Origin: a virus
IMG/VR virus record: IMGVR_UViG_3300027920_000641
Strand: one strand, 5' to 3'
Length of the DNA stretch: 64,000 nucleotides
Below are positions 45,949 through 55,135 of this stretch, in pieces. The position numbers and the translations under genes were made by a program. Under the pieces are notes generated by a model, which saw only the letters and a program-made list of their open reading frames with translations, made no database searches and had not been told where the DNA came from. Every line of letters begins with the position of its first letter. Positions within the stretch are counted from its first letter, which is position 1.

Positions 45949-47534
45949 TTCCAGCAAGATCAGAAATGTTCTTAGCAAGAACAATACAGGATTTATTAGA
46001 ACACATCGAGGGTAATACCGAGATACTGGTCGGCCTCGATGGAGCTTGGGCTGACCCTCCTATTACCGACAACCCGAAAGTTACTATAGTCCATGTCTCA
46101 GAGGCTATTGGTCAAAGAGCCATGACTAATCAGTTGTGTCGCCTTTCTAAGGCAAAGTATGTGATGAAGGTAGATGCTCATTGTGCGTTTGATCAGGGGT
46201 TCGATGTCAAGATGATAGCGGATATGCAAGATAACTGGACAATGGTTCCAATTATGCGCAATCTTCACGCGTTTAACTGGGTTTGTTCTGAAGGGCACAC
46301 TCGTTACCAGGGACCCTCTGGTGCCTGTGAAAAATGTGGAAAAGAAACAACTAGAGATATAGTATGGATTCCTAAAACCAATCCTAGTAGTACCTCATAT
46401 TGTTTTGATCCAGAGCCGCATTTTCAATATTTCGGTGAATTCAAAAATAGACCAGAGGGAAAAGGGGATTTAACTGAAACAATGAGCCTCCAGGGTTCAT
46501 GTTTTATGATGACTAGAGATAAGTATTGGGAGTTGAATATCAGCGACGAGGAGTTTGGTTCATGGGGCAGTCAAGGAATAGAAGTAGCCTGTAAAACATG
46601 GCTGTCTGGCGGTCGCGTCGTAGTTAATCATAAAACATGGTACGCTCACCTGTTCAGAACACAAGGTGGTGATTTTTCGTTTCCTTATCCCCAGTCTGGG
46701 AAAGCTGTCAGTAATGCCAAGAAGAAAGCAAAAGATCTCTTTTTTAATAATAAATGGGATAAACAGATTCATCCCCTATCATGGTTAGTAGAAAAATTCT
46801 GGCCAGTACCAGGTTGGACTGAAAATGATCTCAAATCTCTTAAGAAAGAGCCAACCAAAGGGGTTCTTTATTACTCAGACAACGCCCTCAATATGCGCTT
46901 AGCCAGTAGAGTACGTCAACAAATTCAGAAATCAGGACTACCAGTCACCTCGGTCACTCTCAAACCGACTCCTTTTGGTAAGAATATAGTTATTAAAGAA
47001 CCAAGGGGTTACTTGACTATGTTTAAGCAAATTCTTGCTGGTCTTGAAGCAATGACTGAAAACATTGTCTATTTCTGCGAACATGATGTCCTATACCATC
47101 CAGATCATTTTAAGTTTACACCAGAAGATCAGTATAAGTTTTATTACAATGGCAACTACTGGTTTGTCAGATTGAAGGATGGCTTTGCTATTCACTATGA
47201 TGTCAGTCCTCTTTCTGGCCTTGTTGGTTATCGAGAGCAACTTATTGTCCATTTCAAAGAACGCGTTAGTATGATAGAAAAATTAGGAGACGAGTATAAA
47301 CCGCTTCATATGGGTTTTGAACCAATGACCCATAAGCGAATCAAGTGGAATAACTGGTTTGAGTATGAGATATTTATGCCAGAGAATCCGAATATAGACT
47401 TGGCGCACGAAGGCAATTCTACTTGGAAGCGGTGGAAACAAAAAGACTTTATTAAAAAACCAGCATTTTGGGAAGAAGGCACAATAGATACTATCCCAGG
47501 ATGGGAAAGCATAAAAGAAATTTTGAAACAATAA
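45930..47534 (+). CDS. family-2 glycosyltransferase (DAH-motif type) with large C-terminal extension
   Basis: LSILIPARSEMFL, ILVGLDG, MKVDAHCAF, QGSCFMMTRDKYW; 534 aa. Confidence 0.6.
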   Translation: MDLSILIPARSEMFLARTIQDLLEHIEGNTEILVGLDGAWADPPITDNPKVTIVHVSEAIGQRAMTNQLCRLSKAKYVMKVDAHCAFDQGFDVKMIADMQDNWTMVPIMRNLHAFNWVCSEGHTRYQGPSGACEKCGKETTRDIVWIPKTNPSSTSYCFDPEPHFQYFGEFKNRPEGKGDLTETMSLQGSCFMMTRDKYWELNISDEEFGSWGSQGIEVACKTWLSGGRVVVNHKTWYAHLFRTQGGDFSFPYPQSGKAVSNAKKKAKDLFFNNKWDKQIHPLSWLVEKFWPVPGWTENDLKSLKKEPTKGVLYYSDNALNMRLASRVRQQIQKSGLPVTSVTLKPTPFGKNIVIKEPRGYLTMFKQILAGLEAMTENIVYFCEHDVLYHPDHFKFTPEDQYKFYYNGNYWFVRLKDGFAIHYDVSPLSGLVGYREQLIVHFKERVSMIEKLGDEYKPLHMGFEPMTHKRIKWNNWFEYEIFMPENPNIDLAHEGNSTWKRWKQKDFIKKPAFWEEGTIDTIPGWESIKEILKQ

Positions 47535-47535
47535 C

Positions 47536-47922
47536 ATGTATAATGCAGAAATAAAAGCATCAATTTTAAGTTTTTGTATACTCTTAATTATAAGTCCATT
47601 AGCAGTACATAATCAAGTGAATGATTATCGTATAGAAAATAAGTTACAACCGTTAGTATTTAATAAGAGTTTGTGTAAAGTAGCAGAAGTACGAGCGAAT
47701 CAGATACAAACAGATTGGTCACACAAAAGTTTTTTTAAAGAAGTAAAAAAAATTAAATATGCACAAGCTGGTGAAAATTTAGCAAAAGATTTTAATAATG
47801 AAGAAGATTTAGTAAATGCATGGATAAACTCAAAAGCGCATAGACAAAATTTATTAAGACCATATACACGGCATTGTATAGCTTGTGTTAATAATCATTG
47901 TGTACAAATACTTATAAGGTAG
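47536..47922 (+). CDS. secreted CAP/SCP/PR-1-like (YkwD-type) protein
   Basis: Signal peptide, then GENLAKDFNNEEDLVNAWINSKAHRQNLLRPYTRHC matching the SCP-like GEN...W..S.gHr.N.L pattern; strongly AT-rich codon usage. Confidence 0.55.
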   Translation: MYNAEIKASILSFCILLIISPLAVHNQVNDYRIENKLQPLVFNKSLCKVAEVRANQIQTDWSHKSFFKEVKKIKYAQAGENLAKDFNNEEDLVNAWINSKAHRQNLLRPYTRHCIACVNNHCVQILIR

Positions 47923-47942
47923 CAAATTAATAAAATTATTTT

Positions 47943-48617
47943 ATGAAAAAAACAATTTTCACTTTAAATGTTAATAGTTACTCACCAGAAATAACAACAC
48001 TTACATATCCTCTTATTCATAAGTATGCTGAAAAAATAGGTGCTGATTTTTATGTTATTTCAAAACGTAAATATCCAGATATGCCTGTAACATATGAAAA
48101 ATTGCAAATTTATGATTTAGCAAGAGAAATGGGCAATGATTGGAATATTTATCTTGATTCAGATACATTAGTACATCCAGATACAGTTGATTTTACATCT
48201 TTAATTTCTAAAGATACAGTTATGCACAATGGTGCAGACATGGCAAGCATTCGCTGGAGATATGATAATGTATTTTTGCGAGATGGTAGAGATATTGGAT
48301 CATGTAACTGGATGGCAATTGCTTCTGATTGGTGTTTAGATCTTTGGAGTCCACTTGATATTCCGCTTCAAGAAGCGTTAAATAATATTTTTCCTACAGC
48401 AAATGAATTGCAAACAAATATTACTAAAGAACATTTAATCGATGACTATACTTTGTCAAGAAATATCGCGCGATATGGATTAAAATTTATTACAGCAAAG
48501 GATGTAATGAAACAAAAGGGTATTGAGGCTGCTAATTTTTTCTGGCATCAATACACATTACCAACAGATGAAAAGGTGGTGGAAATTAGAAAAATAATTA
48601 AAGCGTGGGGGATATAA
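47943..48617 (+). CDS. putative GT-A-fold glycosyltransferase-like protein
   Basis: YLDSDTLV DxD-like motif; AT-rich like the preceding gene. Confidence 0.35.
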   Translation: MKKTIFTLNVNSYSPEITTLTYPLIHKYAEKIGADFYVISKRKYPDMPVTYEKLQIYDLAREMGNDWNIYLDSDTLVHPDTVDFTSLISKDTVMHNGADMASIRWRYDNVFLRDGRDIGSCNWMAIASDWCLDLWSPLDIPLQEALNNIFPTANELQTNITKEHLIDDYTLSRNIARYGLKFITAKDVMKQKGIEAANFFWHQYTLPTDEKVVEIRKIIKAWGI

Positions 48618-48618
48618 A

Positions 48619-49533
48619 ATGGCCGCAAATTCAATCTCATTTAATAATAATAATACTTGGACAGCACCTAATAATGATATTGTAATGGTTGAGTGTTGGG
48701 GCGCAGGCGGTGGTGGAGGTTCAACAACATCTGCATCTATAGCTTCTGGTGGTGGAGGTGGTGGAGCGTATGCTAGAGCCAATGTGCAAGTGGTAGCAGG
48801 TAGAACATACAGTATACAAGCTCCTCCTGGTGGTGCTAATGGTGCTGCCAATGCCAACGGTGTAAGTGGTGTATATTCACAATTTGCATGGAATAACACA
48901 AATAACTGGACAACTTATGTCAGAGCAGCTGGTGGATTATTTGGTAGAGCTACTACTACTAGAGGTGCTGGTGGAACAGTCGCTAATAGTTTTGGTGATA
49001 TTGCTTTTGCTGGAGGAGTCGGAGCTAATGGTGTAAATGCTACAGGTATAGGAGGCGGTGGTGGTGCAGCAGCAGGAAATGCAAATGCTGGTGCGGCTGC
49101 TTCAGGTGCAACTGGTGGTACTGGTGCGAATGGTGGAGGAAATGGAGCGACTGGTGGAGCAAGTGGAGCTAATGCTACGGACAACGCTGAAGCACCAGGT
49201 GGAGGTGGAGCTGGAGCTGGAAATAATACTGGAACTGGTAGATGGGGTAGTCCTGGCAAAAATGGCACTGTAAAAATCACATTTAATGACAACGCTACAA
49301 TAAGTGGAAAAGTTACAACGGTCGGAGCAAACCAAGCTGATGCAAGAGTAATGGTTATAGCATCAACTGATAATAATGCAGCAAATAGTTTTCTAGTAGG
49401 AGTAGCCACAGCAAATGCCGAAGGAAACTGGACTATGACAGTACCATCGGCAAAAGTAATATCAGCCGTAGCCCAACACAACAATGCCACAGCACAATAT
49501 ACAAGCAAGGCTGCCCCGTTTGTAGCAAGTTAA
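48619..49533 (+). CDS. glycine-rich domain protein (minor-tail/fibre-like)
   Basis: WTAPNNDIVMVECWGAGGGGGS...GGGGGGAYARANV resembles the conserved Gly-rich domain of phage minor tail proteins; the 197-aa minus-strand ORF opposite is a shadow. Confidence 0.5.
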   Translation: MAANSISFNNNNTWTAPNNDIVMVECWGAGGGGGSTTSASIASGGGGGGAYARANVQVVAGRTYSIQAPPGGANGAANANGVSGVYSQFAWNNTNNWTTYVRAAGGLFGRATTTRGAGGTVANSFGDIAFAGGVGANGVNATGIGGGGGAAAGNANAGAAASGATGGTGANGGGNGATGGASGANATDNAEAPGGGGAGAGNNTGTGRWGSPGKNGTVKITFNDNATISGKVTTVGANQADARVMVIASTDNNAANSFLVGVATANAEGNWTMTVPSAKVISAVAQHNNATAQYTSKAAPFVAS

Positions 49534-49534
49534 T

Positions 49535-52500
49535 ATGGCATATACCGTACCAGCTACTAATGCAATGAATTTTGCGTTAGAGGTACATACTCCACCAGCT
49601 ACCAATGCAATGAATTTTGAGATTGCCGATGGGACAGCTCCAACGGTTGCTTTGAACACACCAGCGGATAGCTCAGGCATAAATGATACAACTCCAACAT
49701 TAAATTTTACTGGAACAGATGAAGAAGAAGATGATGTTGAATATCAAGTACAAATATCGCCAGCAAAAACAACGCTTGCATTAGAACTCAGAGAAAACTC
49801 AAACGATTTTCATAATAACTTTGACGGAACTGATACAAATATTTCCTATGGAATGACTACCACAAAATTATCAGCAATATTTAATGGAACATCGTCAAAA
49901 ATACTAATTACCAATACAATAGCAAGTCTGAGCGTTTTTTCTATTGGTTTGTATGTTTACACAACGGACAATGTGTCTGAGAGAAAGTATTTTGTTAGAG
50001 ATGCGACTAGTGGTACAGATTGGGCATTTTATGTGGGGCAGTATGACGGAAAATATTATTGGGGTATGCAAACAGATACTTGGCATACATACTATACATT
50101 AACTACTGTAGGACTAAATGAGTGGAAGTCAATCATATTCACTTATGATGGTACAACTGCAAAACTTTATGTAAATACAAGTTTGATTGATACACAAACG
50201 CCTGGCAGTATTGTCAGCCAAACTAGCAAACCATTCAAGCTAGGCTATTTAGATACGCAACAATTTCATTCTGGTTCTTTATTTAATTTTTTTGTATTTG
50301 ATTATGTTATATCAGAGGATGAAAGAAATGCTCTGTTTGCTTGTGGTGGGGTTGGATTAAATTATCCCTTTTTTGTTGAACCACCTGGGGCAGAAACATA
50401 TAGTTTCCCCTATGCTCTCAGTTATCAATCAACATTAGATAGTGGTTTTACATCTGGACATCCATTCGGCTCTGGTGATGCGATAGATTTTACTATACCG
50501 ATTACCGATGAGCTTGATGTTGGCACTGAGTATTTCTGGCAAGTAAGAGCTAAAGATCCGCTTGGGAGCACTATATATGGAGATTGGAGTGCAATGAGGT
50601 CATTTGAGGTATTATCTTCATCTAGTCAAAGTCCAAGTCAAAGTCCAAGCCTTAGTCCATCAAGTTCTGTTTCACCAAGTGAAGCGTCAACATGGTACAA
50701 CGCAAGCTGGTTATATAGAGTAAAAGTTACTGTTTTGGCCACAGAAGTTGATGTAGATTGCACAAATTTTCCAGTTTATTGTGACTTATCTGATTTACCT
50801 GCTGATTTTCATACTAATGTAAAAGCAAATGGCGCAGATATTAGAATAACAAAAGCAGATGGCACAACAGAAATTCCAAGAGAAGTAGTTTTCTATGATC
50901 AGGCTACTGATACTGGAGAACTTCATTTTAAAGGTGATATAGATTCTGATACAGATACTGATTTTTATGTTTATTATGGAAATTCTGGTGCCACTGAGCC
51001 AGCCATAGATTCTACTTATGGTGCAGAAAATGTCTGGTCATCAGATTATGAGGTTGTTGCGCATATGCAGCAAGATCCTAGTGGAGGTGCACCTCAGATA
51101 TTAGATAGTACTACTAATGATGTAGATGGCACAACAAATGGTTCGATGGCATCAGGTGATTTAGTTGCTGGGCAGTTGGCAGGTAATGCTTTAGATTTAG
51201 ATAGTGATGATTGGATAAATTTTGGTGATAATGGTGATTATAGAACTTATGATAAAACAGTGTCGATATGGGTAAGTACGAGTGATACAGATGCTTATAT
51301 AGTGGCAAAATCAAAGTATGGTGCAGAATCAGGTAGATGGGCAATAGGTACTCCAACAACTCCAACATCTTTTGTTAATGTAGGTGGCACAGATTCTGTG
51401 ATGTCATCAGCTTCGGCAATAAATAGCAGTTGGCACTTATTGACAATGGTTGTTGATAGAAACAGTTATCACAAAATGTATGTTGATGGTCAACAAGTTG
51501 CATCAAATACAGGAACAAATATTACTAATTATTCTGCTTCAGATTTGAATACAGCAAATATACTTCTTGTAGGTGGTTATAATGATGCCGCAGGAACAAG
51601 TATACACGCTTCTGCTTTTAAATATGTTGGAAAAGTAGATGAACTAAGAGTAAAGAAAGCAGCAGATTCAGCAGAATGGATCTCGACTGAATATAACAAT
51701 CAATCAAGCCCAAGTACTTTTTATGATGTAGGAATACAAGAAGAAAATACAGCTGCTTCTTCATCAGTATCTCCTAGTCAAAGTCCAAGCTTAAGTCCTA
51801 GTTCAAGTATAAGTCCTTCGCAAAGTCCTAGCCAAAGTCCAAGTCTTAGTCCTAGTTCAAGTGTTTCTCCATCATTTCCTCCAGATGTAAATACGTATTA
51901 TTTTGATGAAAGTGATGAAGGAGTAACAGATCCAAATAATGTTTGGACGAATGATGCAAATGCTTTTGACAGTGATGCGACTCCTTCAACGTATGCTAGT
52001 ACATCAACAGTTGGTTCTGTCTCTAGTAATTATCTAAAGGCTGAAGGAACTTCTGCTCCAAGTTCAGCTACAACAACTATTACTCAGGTTAGAGCTAGAA
52101 TGTATGGCAGGAGTGGTTGGGGTAGTTATCTTACTCTTACCGCACCGACAGGAGGATGGGATTGGGGACATGTCGCTGCATTAGAAATTAAATGTTATTC
52201 TACAAGTTCAGAAACTGGCAATGTTAGTGCTACTGTTTATACTGATGGTTTAGGAGAATCACTTGGAGAAATTTCGAGCAATAGTGCTTTGCCTGGATCT
52301 AGAGTTTATAAAATTGAAATCGAAGTTACTTCTGATCCTGTTGATGAATCGTCATCTATTAGTCCAAGTGTAAGTCCAAGTTTAAGTCCTAGCCAAAGTC
52401 CTTCACTTAGTCCATCATCTAGTGTAAGTCCTAGCCAAAGTCCTTCACTTAGTCCATCATCTAGTGTAAGTCCAAGTCAAAGTCCTAGTCAAAGTCCAAG

Positions 52501-54157
52501 CTTAAGTCCTAGCTCAAGTGTAAGCCCTAGTCAGAGTCCTAGTCAAAGTCCTAGTCTTAGTCCATCATCTAGTGTAAGTCCTAGTCAAAGTCCTAGCCAA
52601 AGTCCTAGTCTTAGTCCTAGCTCAAGTGTAAGTCCTAGTCAAAGTCCTAGTCAAAGCCCTAGTCTTAGTCCATCATCTAGTGTAAGTCCTAGTCAAAGTC
52701 CTAGTCAAAGTCCTTCACTTAGTCCTAGCTCAAGCATAAGTCCTAGTCAAAGTCCTAGTCAAAGCCCTAGCCTTAGTCCATCATCTAGTGCAAGCCCTAG
52801 TCAAAGCCCTAGTCAAAGTCCAAGCCTTAGTCCTAGCTCAAGCGTAAGTCCTAGCCAAAGTCCTAGTCAAAGCCCAAGTCTTAGTCCTAGTTCAAGTGTA
52901 AGTCCTTCACAAAGTCCTAGTCAAAGTCCAAGTCTTAGTCCTAGTTCAAGCGCAAGTCCTTCACAAAGCCCTAGTCAAAGTCCAAGTTTAAGTCCTAGTT
53001 CAAGTGTAAGTCCTTCACAAAGTCCTAGTCAAAGTCCTTCACTTAGTCCATCATCTAGTGTAAGTCCTAGTCAAAGTCCTAGTCAAAGCCCTAGTCTTAG
53101 TCCATCATCTAGTGTAAGTCCTAGTCAAAGTCCTAGCCAAAGCCCTAGCCGCAGTCCTAGTAGCTCTGTCAGTCCATCCGAAATATCGTCTGAGTCTTCA
53201 TCGATATCACCATCTAGTTCACTTTCTCCAAGTGTTTCTCCATCACTTAGTGCCAGTCAAAGTCCTTCACTTAGTCCAAGCAGTTCAGTTAGTTCATCTC
53301 TCAGTCCTAGTTCCAGCAAATCACCTAGTGAAAGTCTTTCCCTCAGTCCTTCAGCAAGTCAGAGCCCAAGTAAATCTCCAAGTCAATCCCCCTCCCTTAG
53401 TCCAAGTAGTTCTGCTAGTCCCAGTCAATCTCCGAGTGCAAGTCCTTCTATTTCTCCAAGTTCAAGTAAGTCACCTAGCCAGTCACCTTCGGTTAGTCCA
53501 AGTCTTTCTCCCTCTAGTTCAAAAAGTCCAAGTCAAAGCCCTTCAGAGTCTCCTAGTTTAAGTCCCTCAAGTAGTGAAAGCCCTTCTCAATCTCCATCAG
53601 GGTCACCATCTTTTTCACCAAGTGCCTCGATCAGTCCATCAGTCTCTCCTTCCCAATCTCCTAGTTTAAGTCCATCTACTTCTCAGTCACCAAGTCAATC
53701 ACCCTCCATCTCTCCTAGCCTATCACCAAGCAGTTCAAAAAGTCCAAGTCAAAGCCCCAGTCAAAGTCCCTCACTTAGTCCTTCCTCAAGTGCAAGTCCT
53801 AGTCAAAGTCCTTCCTCAAGTCAATCTCCAAGCATAAGCCCATCTGTATCCCCAAGTAGCAGTGTTTCTCCATCCACAAGTCCAAGTTCGTCTCAATCAC
53901 CCAGTCAGTCTCCATCTGTTTCAGAAAGTGAATCTCCATCTATCTCGCCATCTCCTAGCCTTAGTCCTAGCTCTAGTGTAAGTCCAAGTCAGAGCCCTAG
54001 TTTGTCTCCATCAAGTAGTGAATCTGCATCTGTATCTCCTTCGCCATCCCCACCTTTTTCTTCTGGCTATTCAAAACTGGCATATTTTGATAATGAAGTT
54101 GGTTATTATATTCGTATGATTGGTCATATCCCTTACTACAAAAAAGTTATTGAATAA
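49535..54157 (+). CDS. giant fibre/adhesin-like protein: LamG/ConA-like domains + DUF2341-like domain + about 15 tandem 18-aa Ser-Pro repeats
   Basis: WHLLTMVVDRNSYHKMYVDGQQVA and NEWKSIIFTYDGTTAKLYVN match the LamG pattern; WYNASWLYRVKVTV..NFPVY...DIRIT..DGTTEIP...FYVYYGN matches the DUF2341 pattern; (SPSQSPSQSPSLSPSSSV)n. Confidence 0.75.
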   Translation: MAYTVPATNAMNFALEVHTPPATNAMNFEIADGTAPTVALNTPADSSGINDTTPTLNFTGTDEEEDDVEYQVQISPAKTTLALELRENSNDFHNNFDGTDTNISYGMTTTKLSAIFNGTSSKILITNTIASLSVFSIGLYVYTTDNVSERKYFVRDATSGTDWAFYVGQYDGKYYWGMQTDTWHTYYTLTTVGLNEWKSIIFTYDGTTAKLYVNTSLIDTQTPGSIVSQTSKPFKLGYLDTQQFHSGSLFNFFVFDYVISEDERNALFACGGVGLNYPFFVEPPGAETYSFPYALSYQSTLDSGFTSGHPFGSGDAIDFTIPITDELDVGTEYFWQVRAKDPLGSTIYGDWSAMRSFEVLSSSSQSPSQSPSLSPSSSVSPSEASTWYNASWLYRVKVTVLATEVDVDCTNFPVYCDLSDLPADFHTNVKANGADIRITKADGTTEIPREVVFYDQATDTGELHFKGDIDSDTDTDFYVYYGNSGATEPAIDSTYGAENVWSSDYEVVAHMQQDPSGGAPQILDSTTNDVDGTTNGSMASGDLVAGQLAGNALDLDSDDWINFGDNGDYRTYDKTVSIWVSTSDTDAYIVAKSKYGAESGRWAIGTPTTPTSFVNVGGTDSVMSSASAINSSWHLLTMVVDRNSYHKMYVDGQQVASNTGTNITNYSASDLNTANILLVGGYNDAAGTSIHASAFKYVGKVDELRVKKAADSAEWISTEYNNQSSPSTFYDVGIQEENTAASSSVSPSQSPSLSPSSSISPSQSPSQSPSLSPSSSVSPSFPPDVNTYYFDESDEGVTDPNNVWTNDANAFDSDATPSTYASTSTVGSVSSNYLKAEGTSAPSSATTTITQVRARMYGRSGWGSYLTLTAPTGGWDWGHVAALEIKCYSTSSETGNVSATVYTDGLGESLGEISSNSALPGSRVYKIEIEVTSDPVDESSSISPSVSPSLSPSQSPSLSPSSSVSPSQSPSLSPSSSVSPSQSPSQSPSLSPSSSVSPSQSPSQSPSLSPSSSVSPSQSPSQSPSLSPSSSVSPSQSPSQSPSLSPSSSVSPSQSPSQSPSLSPSSSISPSQSPSQSPSLSPSSSASPSQSPSQSPSLSPSSSVSPSQSPSQSPSLSPSSSVSPSQSPSQSPSLSPSSSASPSQSPSQSPSLSPSSSVSPSQSPSQSPSLSPSSSVSPSQSPSQSPSLSPSSSVSPSQSPSQSPSRSPSSSVSPSEISSESSSISPSSSLSPSVSPSLSASQSPSLSPSSSVSSSLSPSSSKSPSESLSLSPSASQSPSKSPSQSPSLSPSSSASPSQSPSASPSISPSSSKSPSQSPSVSPSLSPSSSKSPSQSPSESPSLSPSSSESPSQSPSGSPSFSPSASISPSVSPSQSPSLSPSTSQSPSQSPSISPSLSPSSSKSPSQSPSQSPSLSPSSSASPSQSPSSSQSPSISPSVSPSSSVSPSTSPSSSQSPSQSPSVSESESPSISPSPSLSPSSSVSPSQSPSLSPSSSESASVSPSPSPPFSSGYSKLAYFDNEVGYYIRMIGHIPYYKKVIE
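52351..53170 (+). repeat. tandem 54-nt coding repeat (about 15 copies) encoding SPSQSPSQSPSLSPSSSV
   Basis: Near-identical units with synonymous variation; continues as degenerate Ser-Pro repeats to about 54060. Confidence 0.85.
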
Positions 54158-54240
54158 TGACTGATTATCTAGTTGACTAAATTATTTTAGTTAGATATAG
54201 TGACAAGAAAATAGTTAGATAGCAAAGCAATTGCGTTTAA

Positions 54241-54268
54241 CCACCTAATAAAAGAGGTGGTTTTTTTT
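54241..54268 (+). terminator. rho-independent terminator
   Basis: ccacct-aataaaag-aggtgg followed by T8. Confidence 0.75.
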
Positions 54269-54298
54269 ATTACTAAGCGCTTATTACAAGGAAATTCT

Positions 54299-54982
54299 AT
54301 GTCAAGACTAACAGTTGAATCCATCATGCAAGCTATTGCCGCTACTGTTAATCAGGAGTCTGCGGCTCCTAGTTCTGGATCTAGTGAGTGGAGTTTGTGG
54401 CTTCAATATATTAATCGATCTTATAGCGAGTGGGTTCAAGCAAACGACTGGGAATCGTTAAGAAAAACTTATTTTCCTAGCATTACAGGGTCGTCAATGG
54501 CTTCGGTCCCGCTTCCTCTTGATTTCAGGAAACTAGCTGCTAGTCCGATTTTGTATGGAGGTACCACTAGTGGAGAAGAAGTCCCAGAGGTTCTGCTAGA
54601 ACAAAGACGACAGTTTAATGAGACAGACAAGTTTTTTTCTACTATTGGAAATCACTCAGACGGCTTTACTCTTTTATTCCATCCAGCCACTCTTGCTTCT
54701 GGAGCCTCATTGGAAGTGCAGTACTACTCAACTCCTACGTCGCTTGCCTCTCCATTGGAAGTACCGATTACTAGTGATCCTCAGTACCTGATTGATAGGT
54801 CAATAGCATATATTCTGGAAGCTCGCTCAGATCCTAGATTTCAACTAGAGGAGAATAAGGCAAGAGATAGGCTGATGGCTATGATAGAAAATGTGAATGC
54901 GGCTAAATATAATTCTTATGCTGGAAGCGCACCTGTTTTGACTACTTTAAGAAAATCTGGTTTCCGTTTAGGAAGAAACTAG
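54299..54982 (+). CDS. hypothetical structural protein
   Basis: Track ORF 54257..54982 trimmed to the first ATG after the terminator and palindrome. Confidence 0.5.
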   Translation: MSRLTVESIMQAIAATVNQESAAPSSGSSEWSLWLQYINRSYSEWVQANDWESLRKTYFPSITGSSMASVPLPLDFRKLAASPILYGGTTSGEEVPEVLLEQRRQFNETDKFFSTIGNHSDGFTLLFHPATLASGASLEVQYYSTPTSLASPLEVPITSDPQYLIDRSIAYILEARSDPRFQLEENKARDRLMAMIENVNAAKYNSYAGSAPVLTTLRKSGFRLGRN

Positions 54983-55135
54983 GAAAGGATTACTACGCCA
55001 ATAGTTCGGTTAAAACCACCAGTCTTCAATCCACCAAAGGAGAGTATTGTCACATATGATACTTGGAGAAAAGGCTTAAATCTTCTACTCAGAGAGAATG
55101 AGATAGAAAAGTCAGAGGCAGTAAATCTTACTAAT

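Noticed and set aside
48915-49508. 197-aa Pro/Ala-rich minus-strand ORF
   Set aside because: It is the antisense of the Gly-rich GGN-repeat gene (GGN on one strand gives NCC on the other) and lies against the transcriptional orientation of the module.
51114-53561. Antisense and alternative-frame ORFs (51114-51368 minus, 53232-53561 plus) inside the giant fibre gene
   Set aside because: They are low-complexity shadows of the Ser-Pro repeat region.
52351-54060. Regular 54-nt DNA repeats that could suggest a CRISPR array or satellite
   Set aside because: The repeats are contiguous with no unique spacers, stay in frame within a 1540-aa ORF and encode Ser-Pro peptide repeats. A second in-frame copy set lies in the 60404 gene.
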